Assembly (NCBI GenBank): GCA_050729795.1
Contig: JBOHME010000003.1
Location: 19,846-83,845 of the forward strand
DNA length: 64,000 nucleotides
Origin: Stellaceae bacterium
GTDB lineage: Bacteria > Pseudomonadota > Alphaproteobacteria > ATCC43930 > CGMCC-115725
Direction: 5' to 3'
The notes under the pieces are model-generated. The model saw only the letters and a list, made by a program, of their open reading frames with translations. It was not told the origin of the DNA and searched no databases. The position numbers were made by a program, and so were the translations under genes. Positions 1 to 10,479 of this stretch are shown piece after piece. The stretch's first letter is position 1, and each line of letters starts with the position of its first letter.

Positions 1-41
1 CGCCTATGATCCGCCAACAGCGATTTTGCGGGGTGATCACG

Positions 42-767
42 ATGGTCGATTTTGCCGGCAGCCATGTCGTCGTGACCGGCGGCACCGGGGCCCTCGGCCG
101 CGCGGTCGTCGCCGCGCTGCGCGCCACCGGGGCGGTGTGCCATCTGACCAATCTGGTCGACGCCGAACTCGACGGTTTTCCGCATCGGCACGATGCCGGG
201 GTGCACATCACGCATGATATCGATGTCGCCGACGAGACCGCGGTGCACCGCTTTTATCAGAGCCTGCCGCCGCTCTGGGCGTCGATCCATCTCGCCGGCG
301 GGTTTGCGATGGCCCCGATCGGCGAGATGTCCGCAGCCGATTTCATGGCCCAGTTTCGGATGAACGCGCTCTCCTCGTTTTTGTGCTCGGCAGCGGCGAT
401 CGGCGCCTTCCGGCGGCGGCCGAGTCCCGGCCCGGGCGGCGCGCGCGGCGGCCGGATTGTCAATATTGCGGCCCGCCCGGCCTTGGAGCCGCGGCATGGC
501 GCCGGCATGGTCGCCTACGCCGCGGCAAAATCGGCGGTCGCCACCCTGACCCAGGCGCTGGCCGAAGAGACCGTCGCTGAGGAAATCTGGATCAATGCCA
601 TCGCTCCGTCGATCCTCGATACGCCCGCGAACCGTGGCGCGATGCCAAATGCCGATTACGGCCGCTGGGTGGCGCCCGCCGCGGCTGCCGAGCTGATCGC
701 GTTTCTCGCGTCGCCGCAGAACCGGGTGACGCGCGGTGCGGTGATCCCGGTCTATGGTGGATCCTAA
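42..767 (+). CDS. SDR-family short-chain dehydrogenase/reductase
   Basis: ORF 6..767. Rossmann motif VVVTGGTGALGRAV follows the internal ATG at 42, and a YAAAKSAV (YxxxK) segment is present. A start at 6 is also possible. Confidence 0.8.
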   Translation: MVDFAGSHVVVTGGTGALGRAVVAALRATGAVCHLTNLVDAELDGFPHRHDAGVHITHDIDVADETAVHRFYQSLPPLWASIHLAGGFAMAPIGEMSAADFMAQFRMNALSSFLCSAAAIGAFRRRPSPGPGGARGGRIVNIAARPALEPRHGAGMVAYAAAKSAVATLTQALAEETVAEEIWINAIAPSILDTPANRGAMPNADYGRWVAPAAAAELIAFLASPQNRVTRGAVIPVYGGS

Positions 768-1099
768 GCATCGCCGCCCGCTCGTCAGCGGTCGCGGTCG
801 CGGACGGGACAGCAGCCCGACCGGGGCGCCGCAGCGCCTGGCGGGTCGCAGGCAGTCCGGGCCGGGCGATCAGCAAAGGTTCTCGACTGATCGAGCGGCG
901 CACTGCACCCGCGGTCTCAGCGCGGACCGGCGGGCGGCCTGTAGTGTCTCTCGACCCGGTAATCTATTGCCACAACAACATCATGTTAACAGTCGCCTGA
1001 GTGCTGTTATAAGACCTATTCCAAATTTGCATTTTGCACTGCAGCAGGATCGCCCTATCTGTGCCGCAGCGGATAGCGAATTTGGATGCGGGGTCGCCG

Positions 1100-1303
1100 A
1101 TGAAGCACAGCGCAGGACGTCTCGACCGGATTACCAGCGAGATGAACGCGTGGCTGTTGGCGATCGCCATCGGTCTCGGGATGCTCGATCTGACCGTGCT
1201 GGTGGCCAAGGCCATGCCGGCGCTGCCGCAATTGCCGGCCGCAGCCGCCAGCCAGACGACTTCGCCAAGCCCTGCGGCGGTTTCTCCAGCAACCCGCGGC
1301 TGA
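1100..1303 (+). CDS. hypothetical small membrane protein (67 aa)
   Basis: Internal ATG of ORF 1034..1303. One hydrophobic helix (WLLAIAIGLGMLDLTVLVA) and an AT-richer promoter-like region upstream. No family recognised. Confidence 0.3.
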   Translation: MKHSAGRLDRITSEMNAWLLAIAIGLGMLDLTVLVAKAMPALPQLPAAAASQTTSPSPAAVSPATRG

Positions 1304-1401
1304 GAATTTTTTTGCAGGTGCATCGGCCCGCTTGAGGCCGAATTCGTCCCCAGCCGAGCCTGGGCAAGCCCGCTGCTTGGATTGCTGCACAGACCCGGAT
1401 C

Positions 1402-1611
1402 TCAGCGGCGCAGTTCGCTCCCGCCGACCATAGCGCGCACCCGGCGACGGTGGCGCAGGCTTTCGGTTTCGGACGCGCGCTGCTGCAGCGCCTGCCGGTC
1501 GGCATGGCTGACGTTGCCCTGAGTCCGCACGACACAAGCGGTCGGGCAGCGCGTGACGCCGTTGTCACGAATAAAGGCGGCGATAGCGGCTTCGTATTCG
1601 CTGTCGGGCAT
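1402..1611 (-). CDS. hypothetical small protein (69 aa, Cys-x4-Cys, basic C-terminus)
   Basis: C-terminal part of ORF 1402..2364, starting at MPDSEYEAAIAAFIRDNGVTRCPTAC (ATG at 1609-1611). The composition is coding-like, whereas the upstream part of the long ORF is Arg/Gly-rich noise antisense to nadE. Confidence 0.5.
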   Translation of the reverse strand: MPDSEYEAAIAAFIRDNGVTRCPTACVVRTQGNVSHADRQALQQRASETESLRHRRRVRAMVGGSELRR

Positions 1612-1689
1612 GGCCTCGATCCCAAGATAGCTGGTCGTTGTCGCGGTCGAATCTAAGCGGAAGAGCCCGAAATACAGCACAGAATTGTT

Positions 1690-1723
1690 GGTTAAATTTG
1701 CCGTATTGATGGTTAAATTAACC
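1690..1723 (-). promoter_or_regulatory. operator-like repeats upstream of the 69-aa gene (two GGTTAAATT copies; 13-nt palindrome GGTTAA-A-TTAACC; TTAACCAT on the minus strand)
   Basis: GGTTAAATT occurs at 1690-1698 and again at 1711-1719. Positions 1711-1723 form a perfect palindrome. Read on the minus strand the site gives TTAACCAT and TTAACCAA, which resemble CtrA half-sites. Confidence 0.25.
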
Positions 1724-1787
1724 TCCAGCGCGCCGCATTTGTGCGGTCCTCGCGCTTGACCTGGCTGGCGCCTCGTTCTCGCGAGAC

Positions 1788-3839
1788 CTACCCTTCCTCG
1801 GGAATTCCGGCTTCGAGCTCGGCGAGCCAAACCTCGGCATTCGCATCCGACGGGGCGCGCCAATCGCTGCGCGGCGACAGCGAGCCGCCCGACGAGATTT
1901 TTGGGCCGTTGGGCAGCGCCGAGCGCTTGAACTGGCTCTGCTGGTAAAAGCGCCGCACAAACACGCGCAGCCAGTGCTTGATCTCGGCGAGGCTGTATGC
2001 CCGCCGTGCTGTTTGCGGCGTGTTGACGGGCCACGCCCCGCGCTCGGCATCGGCCCAGGCGCTCCACGACAGATACGCGATCTTGGACGGGCTGAACCCC
2101 CATCGCGTCGCGTAATAGAGATTGAAATCCTGCAATGCATAGGGGCCGACAATGCTCTCGGTCGATTGCATCAGGCCATCGGCACCGGGCGGCACCAGCT
2201 CCGGCGAGATCTCGGTTGCGAGGATCGCCTCGAGGATCGGCGCCGTTTCCGCACCCAGATCGCCCGACGCCGCGACAAAGCGGATCAGATGCTGGATCAG
2301 CGTCTTGGCGACCGAGGCATTGGGGTTGTAATGCGACATCTGGTCGCCGACCCCGTAGGTGCACCAGCCGAGCCCGAGCTCGGACAAATCGCCGGTGCCG
2401 ACCACCAGACCGCCATTGTGGTTGGCGAGCCGGAACAGATAATCGGTGCGCAACCCGGCCTGGACGTTCTCGAAGGTCACATCGTAATGCGCCGCCCCGC
2501 GGGCCGAGGCGTGACCGAGGTCGTCGAGCATCTGGCGCGCTGCCGGGCGGATGTCGATTTCGGCACCGCTGACGCCGAGCGCCCGCATCAGCTTCCAGGC
2601 ATTCTCTTTGGTCGCCTCGCCGGTGGCAAAGCCGGGCAGCGTATAGGCGAGGATGTTGGTGCGCGGCAGCCCGAGCCGGTCGATCGCGCGCACCGCGACG
2701 ATCAGCGCCTGGGTCGAATCGAGCCCGCCGGAGACACCGATCACAAGCTTTTCGAGCCCGGTCGCCGCGAGCCGCTGGGCCAGCCCCTGGACCTGGATGT
2801 TGTAGGCCTCGTAACAGTTTTCGCGCAGCATCGCCGGGTCAGACGGCACATAGGGAAACCGCTCGACCTCGCGGCGCAGTGCGAGTCGTTCGCCGGGTGC
2901 CGCAAAGGCGAAATCGATCGTGCGGAACGCGGGCAGCGAATTCGTAGCGGCGCGCGCGCAATCGCCAAAGGTGTTGATGCGCATCCGCTCCTGCCGGATC
3001 CGGTCGAGATCGACATCGGCCGTGGCCATTTCCGGGTTCGAAGAAAACCGCTCGGTCTCGGCCAGCCCCTCGCCCAATTCAAAGATGCCGGCCTGGCCGT
3101 CCCAGGCGAGATCGGTCGTCGATTCGCCAGCACCGGCTGCGGAATAGGCGTAAGCGGCGAGGCAGCGCGCCGATTGCCCGGCGCAGAGAAGGCGGCGCCT
3201 CTGCGCCTTGCCGATCGTGATGTTGCTGGCGGACAGGTTCAGCAGGATCTCTGCCCCGCAGAGTGCCGCCGCGGTGCTCGGCGGCTGCGGCACCCACAGA
3301 TCCTCGCAGATCTCGACATGAAAGGTGAACCCGGTCGCCTCGCCGGCGGCAAAGATCAGATCGCTGCCAAACGGCACCCGCTCTGCGGCGACGACGATCG
3401 ACCGGCCGCCGGTCCCCTCGCCCGAGGTAAAATGCCGGCGCTCGTAGAATTCACGATAATTCGGCAGATAAATCTTCGGCACGACACCCAGCAGCCGACC
3501 CCGATGGATCACCGCCCCACAGTTATAAAGATGTCCCTGGCGGCGCAGCGGGGCGCCGACGACAAAGACCGGAAACCGCTCGCGGCTCGCCTGGACCAGC
3601 CGACCGAGCTCCTCCTCGACCGCGTCGAGCACCGCGCCCTGAAACAGCAGGTCGTCGATCGCATAAGCCGACAGGCACAGCTCGGGGAACACCATCAGCG
3701 CGACCCGCGCCGTGTCGCCGGCGGCGAGCAGAGCCTCGACCGCTCGCGAGTTGCTGCGCGGCTCGGCGATGCGAACCTGCGGCACGCAGGCGGCGACGCG
3801 CAGGAACTGATGGCGGTACGGCGAAAAAAACGATGACAT
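1788..3839 (-). CDS. nadE: glutamine-dependent NAD+ synthetase
   Basis: Starts at [18 protein letters not shown] (ATG 3837-3839) inside ORF 1788..4499. N-terminal C-N hydrolase domain (FPELCLSAY) plus PP-loop [12 protein letters not shown]. Length 683 aa. Confidence 0.93.
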   Translation of the reverse strand: MSSFFSPYRHQFLRVAACVPQVRIAEPRSNSRAVEALLAAGDTARVALMVFPELCLSAYAIDDLLFQGAVLDAVEEELGRLVQASRERFPVFVVGAPLRRQGHLYNCGAVIHRGRLLGVVPKIYLPNYREFYERRHFTSGEGTGGRSIVVAAERVPFGSDLIFAAGEATGFTFHVEICEDLWVPQPPSTAAALCGAEILLNLSASNITIGKAQRRRLLCAGQSARCLAAYAYSAAGAGESTTDLAWDGQAGIFELGEGLAETERFSSNPEMATADVDLDRIRQERMRINTFGDCARAATNSLPAFRTIDFAFAAPGERLALRREVERFPYVPSDPAMLRENCYEAYNIQVQGLAQRLAATGLEKLVIGVSGGLDSTQALIVAVRAIDRLGLPRTNILAYTLPGFATGEATKENAWKLMRALGVSGAEIDIRPAARQMLDDLGHASARGAAHYDVTFENVQAGLRTDYLFRLANHNGGLVVGTGDLSELGLGWCTYGVGDQMSHYNPNASVAKTLIQHLIRFVAASGDLGAETAPILEAILATEISPELVPPGADGLMQSTESIVGPYALQDFNLYYATRWGFSPSKIAYLSWSAWADAERGAWPVNTPQTARRAYSLAEIKHWLRVFVRRFYQQSQFKRSALPNGPKISSGGSLSPRSDWRAPSDANAEVWLAELEAGIPEEG

Positions 3840-3928
3840 CGGAAAATGGCGCTCGCAGCATCGGCTGATCCCGTCAATCTGGGCAGCCGCAACTCTTTGT
3901 GGAAGGGCGGAACCGGGGTGGCTTCGGA

Positions 3929-4549
3929 TCAGCGCCGCCGCTGCCGCGCGCGCAGCAATGCCCACACCATGCTGCCGATCCCGAACAGCGTGAACCCGGC
4001 CAATACCAATATGGCGAAATTGGTGGCGCCGATCAGCCGCTGACCGATCCGGCCGACCGCATCGCCGGCAAAGAGCAGCATCGGCGCCCATACCAGGGCC
4101 GAGGTGACGTTGGCGACCCAGAAGCCCCGGGGCGACATCTGCATGATGCCGGCCGCGAGCGGGATCACCGCACGCACCGGGCCAAAGAAACGGCCGATAA
4201 ACACGCTGATCCCGCCGTACCGGGCAAAAAACCGGATGCCGCCCGGCAATAGGTCGGGATGCCGGGTGAACGGCCACACGCGGGCAAGGCCGCCGCCGAA
4301 CCGGCGCCCAATCCAATACGAGATCGAATCGCCGAGCACCGCACCGAGGATCGCCCCCACCAGCACCGGCAGGTATGGCAAGGTCCCGCTCGCCATCAGC
4401 GCACCGGCGGCGATCAACAGCGAGGTTCCCGGAAACAACAGGCTGACAAAGGCGAAGGATTCGCCAAAGGCGGTGACGAACATGATCGCGAACGCCCACC
4501 CGGCATGCGCGGCGATAAAGGCGAGCGTCGGCTGGACCAGATGCTCCAT
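3929..4549 (-). CDS. DedA-family inner membrane protein
   Basis: 206 aa and multi-pass. Typical DedA segments FGESFAFVSLLFPG and LGDSISYWIGRRFG. Confidence 0.85.
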   Translation of the reverse strand: MEHLVQPTLAFIAAHAGWAFAIMFVTAFGESFAFVSLLFPGTSLLIAAGALMASGTLPYLPVLVGAILGAVLGDSISYWIGRRFGGGLARVWPFTRHPDLLPGGIRFFARYGGISVFIGRFFGPVRAVIPLAAGIMQMSPRGFWVANVTSALVWAPMLLFAGDAVGRIGQRLIGATNFAILVLAGFTLFGIGSMVWALLRARQRRR

Positions 4550-4750
4550 CGTTTAGACATGAGACATTATGCGCGCGCGGGATGCCTGGATAGCATCACG
4601 CCCTTAAGCTAGCCTGACCGAGCCGAGGCCACCCCGATCCGGTCGTCGCGGCGAGCCGGACGGGACCGGCCCAGCGTCGGCCGGTTGGCGCAGCACTCTG
4701 CGAACAGCCGCAGCGATGGGTCGCCGACATCTCGGAACCTGAGGGAAAAC

Positions 4751-5386
4751 ATGGCTCACCCGATCGTTTATGGCCCTCCCGGCAGCACCTATGTGTGGAG
4801 CGCACGGCTCGCGCTGGCCGAGAAGGGTGTCACCCACGAACTGGTCGAGCTGTCGTTTGGTGCCCACAAGGAAGAGCCGCATCTATCGCGCCAGCCTTTC
4901 GCCAGGGTCCCCGCCTTCGAGCATGACGGGTTCGCGCTCTACGAAACCCAGGCGATCATGCGCTATGTCGACGAGCGCTTTCCGGGCGCCCCGCTGCAGC
5001 CCGAGGATGTGCACCAATGGTCGCGGATGAACCAGATCATCGGCATCGTCGATGCCTATGCGTGGCCCAGCATCGCCGCCACGATCCTCTATAACCGCAT
5101 GCTGGTGCCGCGCCTTGGCGCCACCCCGGACGAAGCAGCGATCGCCGCGGCTCTGCCGCGCGCGCAACTGTGCCTGGCCGAGATCAACCGGCTGATGGAG
5201 GATCACGCGTTTCTCGCCGCCGATTTTGTCAGCCTCGCCGATCTGATGGTGATCCCGCTCCTACATTATTTTGCCAATGTGCCGGACGGTCGCGAACCCT
5301 TGTCGCGCCACCCGAAGCTGCGCGATTGGATCGGCCGGATGGAGACCCGGCAGAGCTTTCAGGTGACCAAGCCGCCGCTGCCCTAG
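4751..5386 (+). CDS. glutathione S-transferase family protein
   Basis: ATG at 4751 preceded by GAGGGA. The N-terminal thioredoxin-like and C-terminal helical GST pattern runs MAHPIVYGPPGSTYVWSARLALAEKGV...VPAFEHDGFALYETQAIMRY. Confidence 0.85.
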   Translation: MAHPIVYGPPGSTYVWSARLALAEKGVTHELVELSFGAHKEEPHLSRQPFARVPAFEHDGFALYETQAIMRYVDERFPGAPLQPEDVHQWSRMNQIIGIVDAYAWPSIAATILYNRMLVPRLGATPDEAAIAAALPRAQLCLAEINRLMEDHAFLAADFVSLADLMVIPLLHYFANVPDGREPLSRHPKLRDWIGRMETRQSFQVTKPPLP

Positions 5387-5434
5387 CTAGGGTGCGGCGA
5401 AAGGCTGGCCTTCTCCGGTCCGCCGTGGCACCGG

Positions 5435-5653
5435 TTATTTCCGGTAGGGGTTGACGAGACCGGCGACAATCGCCGCTAGCACGTCGCGCAGCTGGCGTTC
5501 GTCCGCACCCATCAGCACTGCGTCTTCGAGCGCCTCCTGCGCCAGCTCGCGCAATTCTGCGAGGTTTTCGTTCAGCATCTTGATCTTTTCGACACAGGAC
5601 ACCGGTTCGCCCTCGGGTGTCCGCCATACCGGAAACTCGCTCGGTTTGCTCAT
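5435..5653 (-). CDS. hypothetical small acidic protein (72 aa)
   Basis: Clean ORF with coding-like composition, lying immediately downstream of mlaD on the same strand. No family recognised. Confidence 0.55.
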   Translation of the reverse strand: MSKPSEFPVWRTPEGEPVSCVEKIKMLNENLAELRELAQEALEDAVLMGADERQLRDVLAAIVAGLVNPYRK

Positions 5654-5670
5654 CGCCCGTGATCTCCCGG

Positions 5671-6180
5671 CTATTTGAGCTCGTCGCCGGCCCCTGCCGC
5701 CGGCGCCGCTGCACCGCCGGCGCCCGGCTTCTTCTGCCCGTTCGGCTGCGAAAAGATCATCTGCCCGATCAGGTTTTCGAGGCTGACCGCAGACTGCGTG
5801 TATTTGATCCGGCCCCCTGGCGCGATGTTCTTATCCGAGCCGCCAGGAACCAACGAAACAATCTTATCAGCGAGCAGGCTTGGCGAGCTGATCTCGGCAA
5901 CGGTGTCGTCGGGCAATCTATACTCGGGATTGATACTCATATTGAGCGTAGCGACGAAGGTCTTAGGGTCGAGGGTTTCGGCGGTCACCGAGCCGACCTT
6001 GACCCCGCCGATGCGCACATCGCTGCCGTCGCGAATACCGTCGACGTCCTGGAACTGTGCCGTCACCCGGTAGCCGCCGACCGCCCGCACCTCGCTTGTC
6101 GAATAGGCGAAGAACAGAAACAGCGCGGCGATCACGAGGACGACCGCGCCCATGACCGTCTCGATCACATTGCCGCGCAT
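5671..6180 (-). CDS. mlaD: MlaD-family (MCE domain) outer-membrane lipid asymmetry protein
   Basis: Start at MRGNVIETVMGAVVLVIAALF (ATG 6178-6180). The MCE core is GIRDGSDVRIGGVKVGSVT. Confidence 0.85.
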   Translation of the reverse strand: MRGNVIETVMGAVVLVIAALFLFFAYSTSEVRAVGGYRVTAQFQDVDGIRDGSDVRIGGVKVGSVTAETLDPKTFVATLNMSINPEYRLPDDTVAEISSPSLLADKIVSLVPGGSDKNIAPGGRIKYTQSAVSLENLIGQMIFSQPNGQKKPGAGGAAAPAAGAGDELK

Positions 6181-6232
6181 CGCCCCGATCCCTCGCGGCC
6201 GCCGCTCGATTGCCGCCGACATCGCTCCCGGC

Positions 6233-6610
6233 CTATTCGGGGGTCCACGGCTCGTAATCGCCGGTCGTTTGCGCCCGCCGCCCGCCGCGCAGGATCGAGC
6301 CCGGCGGACGGTAGGCAAAGGGTGTGCCGGTCATGTTCGGCTGATGCTCCTTTTCCCAGGGATAGCGGGTGCGCATTCCTGGATGCGGCACCTCGTCCAC
6401 CGTGTGGTGCAGCCATGCATGCCATTCAGACGGCACCTTCGAGCCCTCCGGCTCGCCCATATAGATGACCCAGCGCTTCTCGCGGCTGGCGCGTCCGCCA
6501 CCGCGCGGCAGATCCCGCCGCCCCTTCTCGCGGTAATAGCGGTTGCCGAGGCTGTCGGTGCCGACATAGTCGCCGCGCAGCAAGGTCAACAGGCGCGTGC
6601 CGAGGCTCAT
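6233..6610 (-). CDS. NADH:ubiquinone oxidoreductase subunit NDUFA12-family protein
   Basis: The segment LGNRYYREK...WHAWLHHTVDEVP...YEPWTP is characteristic of the NDUFA12/B17.2 family. Confidence 0.85.
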   Translation of the reverse strand: MSLGTRLLTLLRGDYVGTDSLGNRYYREKGRRDLPRGGGRASREKRWVIYMGEPEGSKVPSEWHAWLHHTVDEVPHPGMRTRYPWEKEHQPNMTGTPFAYRPPGSILRGGRRAQTTGDYEPWTPE

Positions 6611-6725
6611 CGCTCCATCCATTGGCTCACTACCGGCGGCTGGACCGCGCGGCGGCGCGCTTTATCGCACCAGCGGTGCGGCGGCGTAAAGTTCAAACCG
6701 CTTGACCCCACCCGTCGCCTGCATC

Positions 6726-6758
6726 ATCTTGTGTTTCATATCGGGGGAAACGCAAGAT
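6726..6758 (+). promoter_or_regulatory. inverted repeat in the nrdJ leader
   Basis: ATCTTGTGTTT (6726-6736) pairs with AAACGCAAGAT (6748-6758), 10 of 11 complementary, with an 11-nt spacer. It ends 13 nt before the nrdJ ATG. Confidence 0.2.
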
Positions 6759-6771
6759 ATTGGGGGCTCTC

Positions 6772-9700
6772 ATGCAAATCGAGCGACGCTTCACTCAGCC
6801 GGGCGAGGACCCGTATGCCGCGGTGCCGTTCCGCAACGCGGCCAGCGAGATTCGCAACCCCGATGGCTCGGTCGTGTTCCAGGCCGAGGATATCGCGGTG
6901 CCGGCCGAATGGAGCCAGGTCGCCTGCGACATCCTTGCCCAGAAATATTTCCGCAAGGCCGGGGTGCCGGCCTCTGTGGCAGCGGTGCCCGAAGACGGCG
7001 TCCCGGCCTGGCTGTGGCGGCGCACCCCCGATCCGGATGCGGCCGCCGCACTGCCGGAAAGCGAGCGGCTCGGTGCCGAGAGCGATGCTCGTCAGGTGTT
7101 CGACCGGATGGCCGGGACCTGGACCTACTGGGGCTGGAAGGGCGGCTATTTTAATACCGAGGAGGACGCGCAGGCGTTCTGCGACGAGATCCGGCTGATG
7201 CTGGCGCGGCAGATCGCGGCGCCAAACTCGCCGCAATGGTTCAACACCGGGTTGCACTGGGCCTATGGCATCGACGGGCCGGCGCAGGGACACCATTACG
7301 TCGATTATAAGAGCGGCGCGCTGATGACCTCGGCGAGCGCCTACGAGCACCCGCAGCCGCACGCCTGCTTTATCCAGTCGGTCGCCGACGATCTCGTCAA
7401 CGAGGGCGGGATCATGGACCTCTGGGTGCGCGAGGCGCGCATCTTCAAATACGGCTCGGGCTCGGGCTCGAATTTCTCGAAAGTGCGCGGCGATGGCGAG
7501 CGGCTTTCCGGGGGTGGCCGGTCCTCGGGGCTGATGAGCTTTCTGCGCATCGGCGACCGGGCGGCGGGTGCCATCAAATCCGGCGGCACGACACGGCGCG
7601 CGGCCAAGATGGTCATCGTCGATGTCGATCATCCGGATGTCGAGGCGTTTATCGACTGGAAGGTGGTCGAGGAGCAGAAGGTCGCTTCCCTCGTCGCCGG
7701 CTCGAAACTGATCCGGCGTCATCTCGGCCGGGTCATGGCCGCCTGCCGGGAAGCCGCACGGCAGGGTCTCGAAGCGGCTTGCGACCCGGCGCGCAACCTG
7801 GCATTGCAACGCGAGATTCGCGCCGCCCGGCGTGCGCTGGTCCCGGAAAACTGCATCGCGCGGGTGATCCAGTTCGCTCGCCAGGGTTTCACTGCGATCG
7901 ACTTCCGCACCTATGACACCGACTGGGATTCCGAAGCCTATCTGACCGTCGCCGGGCAGAATGCGAACAATTCGGTGCGGGTCTCGAACGATTTTCTCGA
8001 GCGCGTCGCGGCCGGCGGGAGCTGGGAGCTGATCCGCCGCACCGACGGCAAGGTGGCGAAGACCTTGCCGGCTAAGGCGCTCTGGGACCGCATCGGGCAG
8101 GCCGCCTGGGCCTCGGCCGATCCCGGACTGCAGTTCGACACGACGATCAACGACTGGCACACCTGTCCCGCGAGCGGCCGGATCAACGCGTCGAACCCGT
8201 GCTCCGAATACAATTTTCTCGACGATACCGCCTGCAACCTCGCCTCGCTGAACCTGATGGCCTTCCGCCGGGACGCCGGCAAGTTTGACAGCGAAGCCTT
8301 TGCACATGCGGTGCGGCTGTGGACGATCGTCCTCGAAATCTCGGTTATGATGGCGCAGTTCCCGTCTGCCGAGATCGCGCGCCGTTCCTATGCCTATCGC
8401 ACCTTGGGGCTCGGCTACGCCAATCTCGGCGGGCTCCTGATGGCGATGGGCATCGCCTATGACAGCGCCGCGGGCCGGGCCTTTGCCGCGGCGGTCACCG
8501 CGTTGCTGACCGGGGCGAGCTATGCCGCCTCGGCCGAGATGGCCGGCGATCCCGGATTGGTCCCGCAGGGGCCCTTCCCGGGCTATGCGCCCAATCGCGA
8601 CGCGATGCTGCGCGTTATTCGCAACCACCGCCGCGCCGCGCATGGCCATAGTGCCGGATATGAAGAGCTGGCGATTGCGCCGGTGCCGCTCGACGCCGCG
8701 AACTGCCCCGACCCGCTTCTGGTTGCCGCCGCCCGCAGCACCTGGGACAGCGCGCTCAAACTCGGCGAACAGCACGGCTTCCGCAATGCCCAGGCGACGG
8801 TCATCGCGCCCACCGGGACGATCGGGCTCGTCATGGATTGCGATACGACCGGCATCGAGCCCGATTTCGCGCTCGTCAAATTCAAAAAGCTCGCCGGCGG
8901 CGGCTATTTCAAGATCATCAACCGCGCAGTGCCGCAGGCGCTCGCCGCCCTCGGCTATGATACCGCCGAGAGCGCCGCAATCGAGCGCTATGCGCTGGGC
9001 CATGGCAGTCTCGCCGGCGCGCCCGCGATCGATCACCACAGCCTGCGCGCCAAGGGATTTGACGACCGAGCGCTCGCCGCCGCCGAAGCCGCGCTCGCCA
9101 CCGCCTTCGACATCAAGTTCGCCTTTAACAAATGGACCCTCGGTGAGGAGTTCTGCACCCAACGCCTCGGTCTTGCGCCGGCGGCGCTCGACGCACCGGG
9201 CTTCGATTTGTTGGCCGCGATCGGTTTCAGCCGGGCCGAGATCGACGCCGCCAATACCTGGTGCTGCGGGGCGATGACGCTCGAAGGGGCGCCGCATCTG
9301 CAGCCCGAGCACCTGCCGGTGTTCGACTGCGCCTCCCCGTGCGGCCGCATTGGCACGCGCGCGCTCTCGGCCGAGAGCCACATCCGCATGATGGCGGCGG
9401 CCCAGCCCTTTATCTCGGGCGCTATCTCGAAGACGATCAACATGCCGAACGCGGCGACGATCGAGGACTGCAAGGAGGCCTATTGGCTCTCCTGGCGGCT
9501 GGGGCTCAAGGCGACCGCACTCTATCGCGACGGCTCGAAACTGTCGCAGCCCTTGGCGGCGAGCCTCTTTGGCGATGACGAGGAGGCAGAGGATCGCGCC
9601 GCCGAACTCTATGAGCGCTCGCCGGCCGAGCGCGCCCCGATCGTCGCCGAGCGCATTGTCGAACGCGTGGTCGAGCGTGTCGTCGAAAAAATCGTGCAGC

Positions 9701-10479
9701 GCGGCGAGCGCCGCCGCCTGCCCAACCGGCGCAAGGGCTACACGCAAAAGGCCACGGTCGGCGGCCACAAGGTCTATCTGAGAACCGGCGAGCACGAGGA
9801 TGGCCGGCTCGCCGAAGTCTTTATCGATATGCACAAGGAAGGCTCAGCGTTCCGCTCGCTGATGCACAATTTCGCGATCGCGATCTCGATGGGGCTGCAA
9901 TACGGCGTGCCGCTCGAAGAGTTTGTCGAGAGCTTTACGTTCAGCCGGTTCGAGCCGTCCGGCATTGTCGAGGGCAACGATGCGATCAAGATGGCGACCA
10001 GCATCCTCGACTACATCTTTCGCGAATTGGCGATCTCCTATCTCGGCCGCGGTGACCTCGCCCATGCCGAGCCCGGCGATTTGTTGCCCGACACGGTCGG
10101 GCGCGGCGAATCCCAGTCGAGCCTGCGCGGCGGCGGCGACGGCCGCCCGCAGCCCACCCCTGCCCCTGCGCTAGATCCCGACATCGAGCCGCGGGTTGCC
10201 GCAATGATGCAGCGCGACGTGTCGAACGGCTTTGTCCGCAACAAGCTGACCGTCCTGCATGGTGGCGCCAGCCGCAACGCCTCGGTCGCCCTCGCCGATT
10301 CCGACTCCGCAGAGGCGACCGAGAACGCCCCGCTGGCGCTGCGCCTGGAACGCGTCCGCGCCGCCCGCATCCGCGGCTACGAAGGCGACAGCTGCACCGA
10401 ATGCGGCAACTTCACCCTCATTCGCAACGGCACCTGCCTCAAATGCGACACCTGCGGCGCGACCTCAGGATGTTCTTAA
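6772..10479 (+). CDS. nrdJ: vitamin B12-dependent (class II) ribonucleotide reductase
   Basis: 1235 aa starting at [15 protein letters not shown]. Active-site region [21 protein letters not shown] and C-terminal Cys-rich tail [22 protein letters not shown]. Confidence 0.95.
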   Translation: MQIERRFTQPGEDPYAAVPFRNAASEIRNPDGSVVFQAEDIAVPAEWSQVACDILAQKYFRKAGVPASVAAVPEDGVPAWLWRRTPDPDAAAALPESERLGAESDARQVFDRMAGTWTYWGWKGGYFNTEEDAQAFCDEIRLMLARQIAAPNSPQWFNTGLHWAYGIDGPAQGHHYVDYKSGALMTSASAYEHPQPHACFIQSVADDLVNEGGIMDLWVREARIFKYGSGSGSNFSKVRGDGERLSGGGRSSGLMSFLRIGDRAAGAIKSGGTTRRAAKMVIVDVDHPDVEAFIDWKVVEEQKVASLVAGSKLIRRHLGRVMAACREAARQGLEAACDPARNLALQREIRAARRALVPENCIARVIQFARQGFTAIDFRTYDTDWDSEAYLTVAGQNANNSVRVSNDFLERVAAGGSWELIRRTDGKVAKTLPAKALWDRIGQAAWASADPGLQFDTTINDWHTCPASGRINASNPCSEYNFLDDTACNLASLNLMAFRRDAGKFDSEAFAHAVRLWTIVLEISVMMAQFPSAEIARRSYAYRTLGLGYANLGGLLMAMGIAYDSAAGRAFAAAVTALLTGASYAASAEMAGDPGLVPQGPFPGYAPNRDAMLRVIRNHRRAAHGHSAGYEELAIAPVPLDAANCPDPLLVAAARSTWDSALKLGEQHGFRNAQATVIAPTGTIGLVMDCDTTGIEPDFALVKFKKLAGGGYFKIINRAVPQALAALGYDTAESAAIERYALGHGSLAGAPAIDHHSLRAKGFDDRALAAAEAALATAFDIKFAFNKWTLGEEFCTQRLGLAPAALDAPGFDLLAAIGFSRAEIDAANTWCCGAMTLEGAPHLQPEHLPVFDCASPCGRIGTRALSAESHIRMMAAAQPFISGAISKTINMPNAATIEDCKEAYWLSWRLGLKATALYRDGSKLSQPLAASLFGDDEEAEDRAAELYERSPAERAPIVAERIVERVVERVVEKIVQRGERRRLPNRRKGYTQKATVGGHKVYLRTGEHEDGRLAEVFIDMHKEGSAFRSLMHNFAIAISMGLQYGVPLEEFVESFTFSRFEPSGIVEGNDAIKMATSILDYIFRELAISYLGRGDLAHAEPGDLLPDTVGRGESQSSLRGGGDGRPQPTPAPALDPDIEPRVAAMMQRDVSNGFVRNKLTVLHGGASRNASVALADSDSAEATENAPLALRLERVRAARIRGYEGDSCTECGNFTLIRNGTCLKCDTCGATSGCS

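Noticed and set aside
1974-3836. 620-aa plus-strand ORF opposite nadE
   Set aside because: Antisense artefact. The composition is dominated by R/G/D/A and no domain motifs are present.
3840-4499. N-terminal 220 codons of the 903-aa ORF containing nadE (would fuse nadE to a long leader)
   Set aside because: The region overlaps the well-supported DedA gene in another frame. NAD synthetase homology starts at MSSFFSPY (ATG 3837-3839). The upstream translation is Arg-rich noise.
6623-6771. Possible cobalamin riboswitch or NrdR boxes in front of nrdJ
   Set aside because: The leader is only about 150 nt. I could not find the B12-box-like core or two 16-bp NrdR palindromes. Only the single inverted repeat is reported, as a low-interest finding.
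6736-9834. 1032-aa ORF antisense to nrdJ
   Set aside because: Arg/Gly/Ala/Asp-rich low-complexity translation with no motif. It fully overlaps a gene that has unmistakable class II RNR motifs. This is a typical stop-free antisense frame in high-GC DNA.
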